A stretch of DNA of 64,000 nt, from contig JBHLLT010000002.1 in assembly GCA_048938855.1 (NCBI GenBank), positions 352,001 to 416,000 on the forward strand, written 5' to 3'. The notes beneath the pieces were generated by a model. The model ran no database searches and was not told the DNA's origin. It saw nothing but the letters and a program-made list of their open reading frames with translations. The translations under genes were made by a program, and so were the position numbers. This document shows positions 17,701 through 26,897 of this stretch, piece after piece (position 1 is the first letter of the stretch; the number at the start of each line of letters is the position of its first letter). This DNA comes from Promethearchaeota archaeon (GTDB lineage: Archaea > Asgardarchaeota > Lokiarchaeia > Sigyniarchaeales > SOKP01).

Positions 17701-20058
17701 ACGTATTGACTTATAAATTTCAATAACTTCAGCATATGGAGTATTTTCAAGGATTTTACCTTCTTTAAAAGCCTTCCTTTTTTCTATTTCATAGTCTCGT
17801 ACCATTTTTTCTGCAATATTTACATTTTCGGAAATAGATTTTTCAAAATCTTCTTCTTCTTTTTTTCTTTCAATAGCTTTTAATCTTTTTTTATCTACTC
17901 CAATTTCTTGACCTATTTTATGCAGTTCTTCAAGATCTTTTTCTCTTTGAGCTTTTTTAGCCTCTACCTCTCGTAATTTGTTATCTTGTTCTAATTTTTG
18001 AGAATAATAATTTATTTGACTATTATATACTTCTACTTCTTCTCCCCTTCCTTTTTCCAGCAACATACGTTTAATTCTTTCATAAATTCCGATAATCTTT
18101 AAAAAGGGTGGATTTTTTGCTAATGTTCCTTTTTTAATGGCTTTTTTCATATTGGATTCATATTCTCTTGCCATTAATTCAGCTCGATTTATCATTACCT
18201 CAAGAACGCTGTCAAAATCTTCTTTCTCCTTTTCCTTTATTTTTTCTTCTTCTAAAATTTTTAATTTTTCAATATCAAGTCCTACAGTTGGTTTTTCTTT
18301 AACTTTAAGTGATTCTTCAATCTCTTCCTCCTTTTTCGCCTTATCAGCTTCGATCTGACGTAAGTGATTATCCTTTTCTAACTTTTGGTTATAAGTATAT
18401 ATCTGACTTGAAAATATTTTGACATCTGTTTCCCAACCTCTTTCTAAGGCTATTTGTTTAGCCTCTTTGAAAATTTTGATAATCTCAGAATAGGGGCATT
18501 TTAATTCGAATTTCCCTTGTCTTAATGCAACTTCATATTCTCTTGCTAAACGTTCAGCTCTTTTTGTTTTCTCTTCAAGTTGACTTCGAATATTTTGAAT
18601 CTCAAGTTGTTTTTGACGCTGCTCTTCCAATAATGCTTTCTGTTTTTCATCCAATTTCTCTTCTACTGGTACTTCCTTAACTTTTAATAATTCTTCTGCT
18701 TCTTTCTGTTTTTTCTTTTTATCAGCTTCAATTTGTCTTATCTTTTGGTCTTTCTCAAATTTTTGGATGTATACATTTATCGTGTCATCATAAATAGCAG
18801 CTTCATTATACCAACCCTTATCAATAAGTAAATCCTTAATTTTTTGATAAATTTCAATTACTTTAGGGTAAATACACTCTTCTACCACACTTCCCTCTTT
18901 TATTGCTTTTTGCATCGCTAATTCATATTCTCTACCCATTCTCACGGCTTCTGTTGCCATATTATCAATTTGGGCTTTAAAAAAATCCTGTTCCATTTTT
19001 TGAAACTCAATTCCTCTTAACCTTTCCATTTGTGCGAGTCTCTCTTGGTCACTTATCTCTTTAACATGCTCTTCAATAACTTTTTCCTTATGGATTTCAG
19101 TTTCAATTTTTTGTTTAATTTCTAATCTTTCTTTTTCTAATCCTTTAAAATGTTTAATTTTCTCGTTCTCTAAAAGTGCGATTGTTTCTAGAATTCTTTG
19201 AACTTCATATTTCCAGTTTAGTTCTTCAAATAAACTTACACCTTCTCTATATAATTCAATAGCCTGATCATATTCATTTATTTTAGCATATTCTACAGCT
19301 TGATCTAATATCTCATACGCTTTAGAAGATACTTCTTCCTCTCTTTTTTTAGTCTCAAGAAATTGGGTTAATTTTTCTTCTTTTTCTTGTATCTTCTTTG
19401 GAGGTTCTTTTAATTCTATGGATTCTTCTGACTCTTCTTTCTTAATAACTCGTAAAAATTCTGCTTTTTTATTATAACATTCTTCAATCAGTACATAAAG
19501 TCTTTTTATTTCATCAGATTTGCCAAGATTTTCTAAAAATTTTTCAGCTTCATCATATTTATCAAGGGCCTCTTCAAATTTATTGCTATTACTTAACTCA
19601 TGAGCCTGTACTATCAATTGGTTTGCTTTACTAATTAAATCTTCTTCTATTTTTATGTCTTCAATCACTTCAGGTTCTTTAGTAATTTGAACCTCCTCAG
19701 TTGTTTCCAGATTGTCAACTAACTCAACTTTCTCTTCTGGTTTTGTTTCGATTTGTCTAAATGCTTCTTCTTTTAGCAGATATACTTCTGAAATCTTATC
19801 ATTAATAGCTTTAATTTCTTCTGTTCTATTAATTTGAGTATACAACCCAATTGCTTGACGTAAGATTTCAATACTATCATCATAATACTGTGATTGTATT
19901 AGATTAATAGCATGTTCTACCAATTCATAAGCTTCGGAGGCAATTTCTTCCTCCATTTCCATTAAATCAGAAAAAAAAGCATCTTTTGTTAAATCCAATT
20001 CATCATCGTCGAATTCCTGGTCAAAATCTTCTTCTCTTTTCTCTTCCATAAACTTCAT
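14782..20058 (-). CDS. Giant E/K-rich repeat protein (about 15 TPR/MIT-like three-helix units joined by charged helical linkers)
   Basis: 1758-aa ORF with recurring 'AE...REYE...PY.EIIEIY......RGW..E...Y...I..Y.EK' and 'A..L...A......F.EA...Y..A...F..I.W..E' units. Confidence 0.8.
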   Translation of the reverse strand: MKFMEEKREEDFDQEFDDDELDLTKDAFFSDLMEMEEEIASEAYELVEHAINLIQSQYYDDSIEILRQAIGLYTQINRTEEIKAINDKISEVYLLKEEAFRQIETKPEEKVELVDNLETTEEVQITKEPEVIEDIKIEEDLISKANQLIVQAHELSNSNKFEEALDKYDEAEKFLENLGKSDEIKRLYVLIEECYNKKAEFLRVIKKEESEESIELKEPPKKIQEKEEKLTQFLETKKREEEVSSKAYEILDQAVEYAKINEYDQAIELYREGVSLFEELNWKYEVQRILETIALLENEKIKHFKGLEKERLEIKQKIETEIHKEKVIEEHVKEISDQERLAQMERLRGIEFQKMEQDFFKAQIDNMATEAVRMGREYELAMQKAIKEGSVVEECIYPKVIEIYQKIKDLLIDKGWYNEAAIYDDTINVYIQKFEKDQKIRQIEADKKKKQKEAEELLKVKEVPVEEKLDEKQKALLEEQRQKQLEIQNIRSQLEEKTKRAERLAREYEVALRQGKFELKCPYSEIIKIFKEAKQIALERGWETDVKIFSSQIYTYNQKLEKDNHLRQIEADKAKKEEEIEESLKVKEKPTVGLDIEKLKILEEEKIKEKEKEDFDSVLEVMINRAELMAREYESNMKKAIKKGTLAKNPPFLKIIGIYERIKRMLLEKGRGEEVEVYNSQINYYSQKLEQDNKLREVEAKKAQREKDLEELHKIGQEIGVDKKRLKAIERKKEEEDFEKSISENVNIAEKMVRDYEIEKRKAFKEGKILENTPYAEVIEIYKSIREKVYARGWLKQAEIYSNQIKIYEEKLENHQKLLEVELEKAQREKALEDMHKVDQEMEIDKKRLKAIERKKEEEDFEKLISKNVNIAEKMVRDYEIEKRKAFKEGKILENTPYADVIEIYKSIRDKVYARGWIEQAKVFANQIKIYEEKSENHKKLLEVELQKAQREKAIEDMHKRDKIGEVDQQKLSSLQKKREEKEFESYITENLNKAEKLEREFDSAMKKAIKKGEVLENTPYSEIIEIYSELKDKLVERGWIDQSQIYANQVKIYQEKQDKHEKLLEVEAKKAQRDKEIEDLHKLGKKETIPARPEIVEELEKEEDILLDKAMNLINEAEKAVKSYELSIRKDILVYESPYSEAIANYELARDMFNKIGWKEEASRLIETIKFYREKKEKDDKLREIEKKKLEKPGIGLIGAGAEPDRDFLERKERLLEIEQKEKESDEITAKIFNMIQNAERMAQEYELKIKAGVFDYEAPYEKIIEIYRDARKSFEDIGWIEESAKLKNTINFYKEKATKDQRIRALEAEKVRKREEELLVQQRLLEQAKIEQEKLIKQRKESLDLKKERVAQFESQKDKAFRLMDQAKRELRQNHFDKAIEYYKESEIIFEEIEWEEGIKMVLDSISMIKSKKEAFEMEQKTLEQREIEKQLTEQKLEEKLAEAEILRKQQQDEKRKEFLKIQHAKEQEHQISENAYKFLEEGTLLMDKGKFTEAYEKFVEARDLFQQISWQREVSRINNDLLFKLKREQKKVQILEDIRAKKIEEEKQLMLIKEEAKRQREEEAKRKKEEKRRFVQEEVLRKISAKLDKASKLIENFRYNEGILMMIEEIQRLSNLGKEEEIMKINEQVEDVKNQADIPIIILDVTDDVLQNKNFKEAYKALDNAQEAISENQIKRAISELNEANFQLNNLTIGTRYTIKINEIISNLREKLGLKPEKAKVGTPSEDTTAELRTRIAARREERRKKVLDLLKKRD
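17212..17949. repeat. In-frame tandem duplication, 369-bp (123-aa) unit, two highly similar copies
   Basis: Stretches such as AATTCAACTTCTAACAATTTTT and CAGCATATGGAGTATTTTCAAGGATTTTACCTTCTTTAAAAGCCTTCC recur at a 369-bp offset. Boundaries are approximate. Confidence 0.85.
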
Positions 20059-20171
20059 CTACCTTTAAGGAGAATTAAGAATGAATCTAAATTATAAATC
20101 TCTTTACAAATTCAAAATAATAATTTAGTGTTAATTAAAAAATCATTACTCAAAAATAAATATTTAATTAA

Positions 20172-20567
20172 TTATATCTCGAACTTTCCTAAATTTCTGT
20201 TAAGAAAATCATCGCAAATTTTACCTCCCTCATTTGTTAAACTCCATCCACTAGTATCTCTTTTTACAAGATTTAATTTTTCAACACTAGCTAAAACCGA
20301 ATGAACTTCATCCTCAGTTTTACGAACACCAAAATCTACTCTCAAACTAAAAACAATTTCATCAATTGGGACAGATCCTCCTAACTCATCTTCCATTACC
20401 CCTAAAGCTGCAATAATTCGATTTTGTTCTGCCATCCCTGCATCCAGCGAATGCGAAACTTCATCAAGTAGCCATGGATTCTTTTCTAACATCTTTTTAA
20501 TTCCCTTTTCATCACCTTTCTCAAATAAAATGTCAAATTCTTCACGGATCTTTTTCTTCTTAGCCAT
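20172..20567 (-). CDS. Hypothetical protein with C-terminal winged-helix-like domain
   Basis: 'VPIDEIVFSL...EDEVHSVLASVEKLNLVKR..SGWSLTNEG' fits a wHTH wing. Confidence 0.6.
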   Translation of the reverse strand: MAKKKKIREEFDILFEKGDEKGIKKMLEKNPWLLDEVSHSLDAGMAEQNRIIAALGVMEDELGGSVPIDEIVFSLRVDFGVRKTEDEVHSVLASVEKLNLVKRDTSGWSLTNEGGKICDDFLNRNLGKFEI

Positions 20568-20676
20568 AAAAATAGCCTATCTATCTGTTTAATTAGAAAA
20601 ATTCTAGATAATTTATTATTATCTATAATATAAATTTAGATAATAAAATCTTTTATGATGCTATTTAAAATAAGAT

Positions 20677-21396
20677 TTATGTTAGTTTTGTTAAAAATTC
20701 TCCGACTTCTTGAGCATTACACATATGGAACTTTTTATCCTCGCCCTTAATATATGCTACTCTTATATTTTCTTTTGTTGCCTCCTCATCAATTGATTCC
20801 TTAAGAGCTTTTAAAGTAAAATTCACGAGCTCATCAAAAGTCATGTTTTCATTATAATTTTCGAGTAAATATTCTCTAGCAGTCGCTTCTCCTGTTCCAA
20901 TTGCATAGGCTTTGAATGAACGGTAAATTCCACTTGGAGATGTTGTGTAAATTTGTGTTCCACTAGCATCAATTGCTACAAAGAAAAGCGCACATCCCCA
21001 CGGTCTTACACCCCCAAATTGCGTATATTGCTGCTTTAAGTCGGCAACTGCCTTAGCTAGCATATTTAAGCGAACTGGCTCATCATATGTCAATCTAAAT
21101 GATTGAGCTTGAACTCTTGCATAATTGATCAACGCTCTCGAATCTGCATGCAGTCCTGAAATAGCAACTCCAATATGTTCATCCACTTGGAATAATTTAT
21201 CTATTGAATCCGCATCCATTAATGGGGAAGCAATCTTGATTTGTGCTGCTAAACACACATCTTCTTTTGATTTAACTGCTACAGCGAGTGTACCTCGTCT
21301 AACTGCTTCTAATGCATACTCTACCTGGAATAGACGCCCCTCAGGACTAAATACAGTTAAAGCACGATCATATGCCCTACCTGCTGCTCCAAACAT
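20677..21396 (-). CDS. psmA: Proteasome alpha subunit
   Basis: YDRALTVFSPEGRLFQVEYA signature; YTQFGGVRPWG. Confidence 0.97.
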   Translation of the reverse strand: MFGAAGRAYDRALTVFSPEGRLFQVEYALEAVRRGTLAVAVKSKEDVCLAAQIKIASPLMDADSIDKLFQVDEHIGVAISGLHADSRALINYARVQAQSFRLTYDEPVRLNMLAKAVADLKQQYTQFGGVRPWGCALFFVAIDASGTQIYTTSPSGIYRSFKAYAIGTGEATAREYLLENYNENMTFDELVNFTLKALKESIDEEATKENIRVAYIKGEDKKFHMCNAQEVGEFLTKLT

Positions 21397-21478
21397 TTAA
21401 TTTACCTATTATTATTTGATTTTATTCTAATAAAATATACAACAAAATTTTAATTTATGGTTTATAACAAATAAAAAG

Positions 21479-22033
21479 CTATATCTTTTTAGTCTTTTCT
21501 AAAATAGCTTTAGTCAAATCTTTAAAAACAGGTTCAACAAGCACATCTTCTTTAGCACTTGTTTCAAGATAGGCTATTGCGTTTAGTTCTTCCTTTAAAG
21601 CTTCTCCTTCACTTGTTCCAACTTCTCTTTGTCCCTTTTCTGCCAAATCGATCTTATTACCAACTAAGATGGACGGTTTACCATCACCAATTACTCTTTC
21701 CACCTCATTCTTCCAATTTAAAATATTTTGAAAGGAACTTCTTCGCGTTAGATCAAATGTATATACTGTTGCGCTACTTCCCCGATAAAAAGGTGGACGT
21801 ACGAAACTAAAATGTTTCTGACCTGCTAAATCCCAAAGCTGAAGTTTAACCAAATAATTTGGATACTCGTCTAGGTCAACTTTTTTAGTAGAAAAGTTGG
21901 ATCCAATCGTCATGATGTAATTTTCTTTAAACGTGTTCTCACAATAGCGGAGAACCATAGACGTCTTTCCCACACCACCGTCACCTACAACGCATATCTT
22001 ATAGATAAATGACTTGATTGCTCCATCCGTAAT
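21479..22033 (-). CDS. Rab-like small GTPase, probable ATT start at 22033
   Basis: Extending the ORF upstream gives YKICVVGDGGVGKT (G1), TIG (G2), WDLAGQ (G3), NKID (G4) and SAK (G5). The ORF-track start at 21973 cuts the P-loop. Confidence 0.9.
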   Translation of the reverse strand: MTDGAIKSFIYKICVVGDGGVGKTSMVLRYCENTFKENYIMTIGSNFSTKKVDLDEYPNYLVKLQLWDLAGQKHFSFVRPPFYRGSSATVYTFDLTRRSSFQNILNWKNEVERVIGDGKPSILVGNKIDLAEKGQREVGTSEGEALKEELNAIAYLETSAKEDVLVEPVFKDLTKAILEKTKKI

Positions 22034-22266
22034 TTTCCCGTCTCACCATTCTGGCTAAATTATTAAACTCAATATCAACAATCATTCAAGCTTTCCATTT
22101 TTTTATCGATAAAAAATATTGAAAGTTGCATTATTGAGAATTATTTATAATATTATATTATATTGCATACATAAAAATAATCGTTAATATTTGTTTTTTT
22201 TTTGAATCAGAATTTTGGGATAATATACTTATATTTTGATATAGATCAAGGTTAAAAAAAATTGAC

Positions 22267-23088
22267 TTATTTACCTATAAAAACGGGATCTCTTTTATCC
22301 TTCAGAGCTTTTAAGGATTCTCCAAAATCTATACTTCGAATCGCTTTAGTCCACACTTTATTTTCCATGTCTAATTGAGTCTCTATAATATTCCTAAAAT
22401 ATGTATGCATAGTTGTTTTAATTAATTTAATAGAAAGGGATGGTCCTTTTGGAGGAATTAACCTTAAAGCTTGCTTTCTTGAAAAAGACATTAATTCTTC
22501 TTTAGGTAATACTTTATTAATCAGCCCTAATCTTTCTGCGTCTTGAGCAGTCATCCGATCGCCAAGATAAAATAGTTCTTTTGCCCTATTTAAACCTATC
22601 ATTAATGGAAAAAGAACTGTAGTTGCAAAGTCAGGTATAACTGCTCTCTTTATAAAAAATAATGCCCACCATGCGTCTTCAGCCATGTAGATTAAATCTG
22701 AACAAATTACAGGAAGTGTAAATCCTCCTCCTACGGCGAAACCATTAATTACTGATATGACTGGTTTTGAAAAATCCCAAAACTTAAGGCATAATATCTT
22801 TGATGCCATGTCTCTTAAATTGATTTCCTTTCTATAGTTTTCAGGTATATCATTCAATACATCATCTGAAAAATATCCTCCTGAAGAGAAAGCTCCCGCT
22901 TCTTCACACCCCGTTAATATCATTACTTTAACTTCTTCATCCTTTTCAGCATGGTCTACAGCATACCAAAGTTCTAAAAGCCCCAATGGAGAAAGAGCAT
23001 TTTTTTTAGAAGGCCAATTTAAAGTAACAGTTAGAATTCCATTTTCTTCCTTTTCATATTTAATCTGTTTAAAATCTTCGACTAGCAT
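22267..23088 (-). CDS. Enoyl-CoA hydratase/isomerase family protein
   Basis: LNWPSKKNAL, FSSGG, NGFAVGGG motifs; ATG at 23088. Confidence 0.88.
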   Translation of the reverse strand: MLVEDFKQIKYEKEENGILTVTLNWPSKKNALSPLGLLELWYAVDHAEKDEEVKVMILTGCEEAGAFSSGGYFSDDVLNDIPENYRKEINLRDMASKILCLKFWDFSKPVISVINGFAVGGGFTLPVICSDLIYMAEDAWWALFFIKRAVIPDFATTVLFPLMIGLNRAKELFYLGDRMTAQDAERLGLINKVLPKEELMSFSRKQALRLIPPKGPSLSIKLIKTTMHTYFRNIIETQLDMENKVWTKAIRSIDFGESLKALKDKRDPVFIGK

Positions 23089-23179
23089 AAATACAATAAA
23101 ATCATAAAACAATAAAATATTTTATAAGGTTATGTTGCGATAAAGAATTTTTAATTTATAGTATCAGTGCTATTAGAAA

Positions 23180-23956
23180 ATGAGTTCTATAGAAGATAAG
23201 ATTAGAAAATTAGCAAAATTAATTCTAAATTCTAATAATATCATTGCATTAACAGGCGCAGGGATGTCAACTGAAAGTGGAATTGCGGATTTTAGGACAC
23301 CAGGTGAAGGGCTATGGGAAAAAGTTGATCCATATGAGTTCGCATCGATTCATTCTTATATAGCTAACACGAGTAAGAATTTAGAATTTATGTTGGAAAC
23401 TGGAAGAAATATTTTTAGAGCACGCCCAAATAAAGGTCATAAAGCTCTAACCAGACTTCAAAAGCTTGGAAAGCTAAAAGGAGTATTAACTCAAAATATA
23501 GATAGACTGCATCAGAAAGCCAGAACTAAGAATATTGTTGAATTTCATGGAAATGCTTATGAAGCAAAGTGTATGACCTGTGGGCAAGTTTATGAAATAA
23601 CAGTTATGGTTAATCAAGTAATGAGAGGGAAAACCTCTCCATCTTGTGATAAATGCAGAGGTTTGCTTAAACCAAACGCAATATTTTTTGGGGAATCACT
23701 TGAGTCTCAAACGCTTGAAGCTGCAGATAAAATGCTTGAAGCATGCGATTTACTTCTAGTTTTAGGGTCATCTCTTGTAGTCTATCCGGTAGCGTGGTAT
23801 CCTTCTCGAGTTCTATCTACTGGAGCTAAACTGGCTATCATAAATATTCAAGAGACTGATATGGACTCAGCTGCTGAGGTTGTAATTCATGAAAAAATAG
23901 GAGACGTGCTTCCAGAAGTAGTTTCCATTGTTGAAAACAAAATGAAAATAAACTAA
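23180..23956 (+). CDS. cobB: NAD-dependent protein deacylase (sirtuin)
   Basis: GAGMSTESGIADFR, TQNID, FHG, two CxxC and GSSL motifs. Confidence 0.95.
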   Translation: MSSIEDKIRKLAKLILNSNNIIALTGAGMSTESGIADFRTPGEGLWEKVDPYEFASIHSYIANTSKNLEFMLETGRNIFRARPNKGHKALTRLQKLGKLKGVLTQNIDRLHQKARTKNIVEFHGNAYEAKCMTCGQVYEITVMVNQVMRGKTSPSCDKCRGLLKPNAIFFGESLESQTLEAADKMLEACDLLLVLGSSLVVYPVAWYPSRVLSTGAKLAIINIQETDMDSAAEVVIHEKIGDVLPEVVSIVENKMKIN

Positions 23957-23966
23957 AACAACTATT

Positions 23967-24701
23967 TTATCGATTTTTTAAAGAAGTTTTATTATTTATT
24001 ACTGAAACGATTGCTATTATGAAAATTGTAAGTATTATTAATAATAAATTAAAATCCCCAATATCGTTATTTTGATTAGCTGTATATGATATAAATGTTA
24101 AAACTGATACTGATAAATTATTGTTTTTTACATCTTCTTTTATCAATAATCCTTGTTCATCATAAGTCAAAATAAGTTGATCATTACCGATGTCAATAGT
24201 GACTGTGTTATTCTCAACAGTTACGCTCCAATTTGTAGTCCCTTCAATAAAATCTTTTACAACATTTACATCTACGGGATCATTCGGAATAACATAATAT
24301 CCTCCATAACCATTTAATAACAGATTATCCATGGATTGATTATATCTAAAATACTGAAGAGTTTTATTATAAATTAAGCATGCTTGGTTTTGATATTTTT
24401 TTGAATCAACAATAGAAACTTGATATTTATTAGTAGTAGAATTATACTCACTAACAGTTATATTGGCTCCCAATGCTTCAATTGGCTCATAAATCTTTGA
24501 TAAATCCACAAATTCTACTTTGAGTCTTAATGTTCCCGGAGCCGTATAATTGTCAAAATCATATTCTATGAAACCTTCCTCGTCTACGGGGAGGCAAGAA
24601 TCCCCAAGTTGAAAATCAGCAAAAATAGAACTCACTATGCAAGAAAAAGTTAAAAAGAATATTACTATGTCCCCCAAAATATACTTTTTTAATTTCATCA
24701 A
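23967..24701 (-). CDS. Secreted or cell-surface protein with N-terminal signal/anchor and C-terminal TM helix
   Basis: Hydrophobic N- and C-termini, basic tail, several N-x-S/T sequons. Confidence 0.65.
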   Translation of the reverse strand: MMKLKKYILGDIVIFFLTFSCIVSSIFADFQLGDSCLPVDEEGFIEYDFDNYTAPGTLRLKVEFVDLSKIYEPIEALGANITVSEYNSTTNKYQVSIVDSKKYQNQACLIYNKTLQYFRYNQSMDNLLLNGYGGYYVIPNDPVDVNVVKDFIEGTTNWSVTVENNTVTIDIGNDQLILTYDEQGLLIKEDVKNNNLSVSVLTFISYTANQNNDIGDFNLLLIILTIFIIAIVSVINNKTSLKNR

Positions 24702-24807
24702 AATTTAATGGCCTACATTCATAAAAAAATTTTTCCTAATTAGGTTTCTAAGGGTTATATTCTCAAAAAGAAATAAGAAAAAAATTATTAATAATATATC
24801 TTCTAGA

Positions 24808-26523
24808 TTAGCCGGATCTTAGAACCTTCTTGTCAATTTTCCCAACAACGGTTAAAGGAAGCTCTTCTGAAAATTCTATTAATTTGGGAACTTCATATGG
24901 GGCTAAGTCATCTTTAGAGAAATTTATTATATCTTCTTTCAAAGCTTCTTTATTTCCATCGAATTCATAATCTGGGGAGATTTGGATGAATGCTTTTACA
25001 ATTTCAGACCCAGGTCTATCGGGGTTTGGGACTCCAATTAATGCGATCATACCAATTGCTGGATGTTTTGCAAGGGTATCTTCAACTTTTGCTGAAAAGA
25101 CTTTGAATCCTCCAACAATAATCATATCTTTGGTACGATCGACAATTCGAATGTAACCATCTTCATCCATAATTCCAACATCCCCGGTATGCATATAACC
25201 ATCTTTGTCTATGGCTTTTGCAGTTTCTTCTGGTTTATTATAGTATCCTTGCATAACTAATGGACCACTTACACAAAGCTCTCCAGGTTCTCCTAATGGG
25301 ACGATTTCATTCGTTTCAGGATTCACAATCTTTAAATCGACATTTAAAAAGGGTAAACCTACTGTACCTAGCTTTTTTGTACCTATAGAAGGGTTCATAC
25401 TCGCAACTGGTGAAAGTTCAGTCATTCCCCAAAGTTCCAGTAATTTTCCTTCACCAACTATGCTTTCTAAAGTTTCTTGAGACTCTTTTGGGAATGGAGC
25501 CGCTGCAGAGATGCACAATTTTAAATTTGAATGATCTAACCTTTTAAATTTGCGAAAATTGATCAAAATTTGATATAAGGAAGGTACATTTACTAGCATT
25601 GTTGGTCTATATTTTTTCATTTCATTACAAATATGCAATGCATCACGAGGATTAGCAATAATAATTTGACTCATCCCATTATAAAGAGCTCCTTGACATA
25701 CTGTTAAACCAGCAATATGAAACATTGGAAATCCTGATAATAATACTCCCTTTCCTCGTTCCCATTGGAGCCAAGTAATTATCCCCTTCATATTTGAAAC
25801 ATAATTCCTGTGACTTAACATTGCACCTTTTGGTGGCCCTGTAGTACCTCCAGTGTATTGGATCCAGCCTATATCATCGGGGCTTAAATCAACTTTAGGA
25901 AGATCGGCTGAAAAGTCCGTCAAAACATCATCTTGATAATTATAAACGATTTTCCCTTCCAAGGGAGTGATTTCACCTGAGGGAATTTCTGTTACAGCTT
26001 TAATTTTTGCTTGATCCTCCTTAGAAAATGAACCAATTACACTTGTTTCAACAACAACTTTAAGCTGTGGTAATTTATCAGCAATTTTTGTTAACCTATG
26101 TTGAAAAATAGCATCTAGAGTGACTAAAGCCACTTTTTTACCACCCTTTCCAAGATCATCCAATTGATAATGCAATTGAACATCAGACATTAAAGGGCTG
26201 ACTCCTGAAACAATACATCCTGCTTTAAGTGTGCCTAAAACAGAATATACGTATTCAGGAATATTTGCTAGATTAATACCAACTACATCACCTTTTTGAA
26301 ATCCATTTTCAATCAACATATTAGCAAATTGATTAGAATATTTATCTACTTCACTAAAACTGATCTCTAATCCTTGATACGCTAGTGCCATTTTATCAGA
26401 GAAATTTTCAAATGTGGGTCTTATCATTTCTGGATAAGTAGTTTCGAATTCTTGAGGGGCAATGTCTTCCATTCTAGGATCCCAGTTTTTCTTCCAAAAG
26501 CGACTTTCATATGGATTTGACAT
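24808..26523 (-). CDS. Long-chain fatty-acid--CoA ligase
   Basis: YTGGTTGPPKG, WGMTE, HTGD, DRTKDMI, VGKIDK motifs; ATG at 26523. Confidence 0.92.
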   Translation of the reverse strand: MSNPYESRFWKKNWDPRMEDIAPQEFETTYPEMIRPTFENFSDKMALAYQGLEISFSEVDKYSNQFANMLIENGFQKGDVVGINLANIPEYVYSVLGTLKAGCIVSGVSPLMSDVQLHYQLDDLGKGGKKVALVTLDAIFQHRLTKIADKLPQLKVVVETSVIGSFSKEDQAKIKAVTEIPSGEITPLEGKIVYNYQDDVLTDFSADLPKVDLSPDDIGWIQYTGGTTGPPKGAMLSHRNYVSNMKGIITWLQWERGKGVLLSGFPMFHIAGLTVCQGALYNGMSQIIIANPRDALHICNEMKKYRPTMLVNVPSLYQILINFRKFKRLDHSNLKLCISAAAPFPKESQETLESIVGEGKLLELWGMTELSPVASMNPSIGTKKLGTVGLPFLNVDLKIVNPETNEIVPLGEPGELCVSGPLVMQGYYNKPEETAKAIDKDGYMHTGDVGIMDEDGYIRIVDRTKDMIIVGGFKVFSAKVEDTLAKHPAIGMIALIGVPNPDRPGSEIVKAFIQISPDYEFDGNKEALKEDIINFSKDDLAPYEVPKLIEFSEELPLTVVGKIDKKVLRSG

Positions 26524-26897
26524 TTTTTTATTCACATTTTTCTTCTTTTCAATACAATTTAAAATCGAATTGTGATATTTAATAAGCCATTTTTTATTAA
26601 AAAGGTTTATCAAAATTATATGTTCTTTAATAATTCAATAAGATTTTTCTTAGAATTGTATAATTTTTTTAAAAATTAAAAATTTGAAAAAAAGTATATA
26701 AAAAATATAGAATTCTCAAACTTTTTTTTTATTTTTACTTCCAATCACCCCCCTCCGTCTTCATAGAACAATACTACTTTAAAAAGAATGCTTCTTCTTA
26801 TAAAATGGAATAAAATTTCTTTCCAATGGAGAATCTGCAAAGATTTCAGAAAATTGTCGGTGTATATTCGTTTTATTTTGAAGAATTGCTATTTCAC

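Noticed and set aside
22043-22045. In-frame TGA upstream of the GTPase read as selenocysteine
   Set aside because: A TAG lies four codons further upstream with no start codon in between, and the TGA is part of the GGTGA RBS.
26741-26765. C-rich stretch CCAATCACCCCCCTCC resembling a strong minus-strand RBS
   Set aside because: No credible ORF follows it, so I cannot assign a function.
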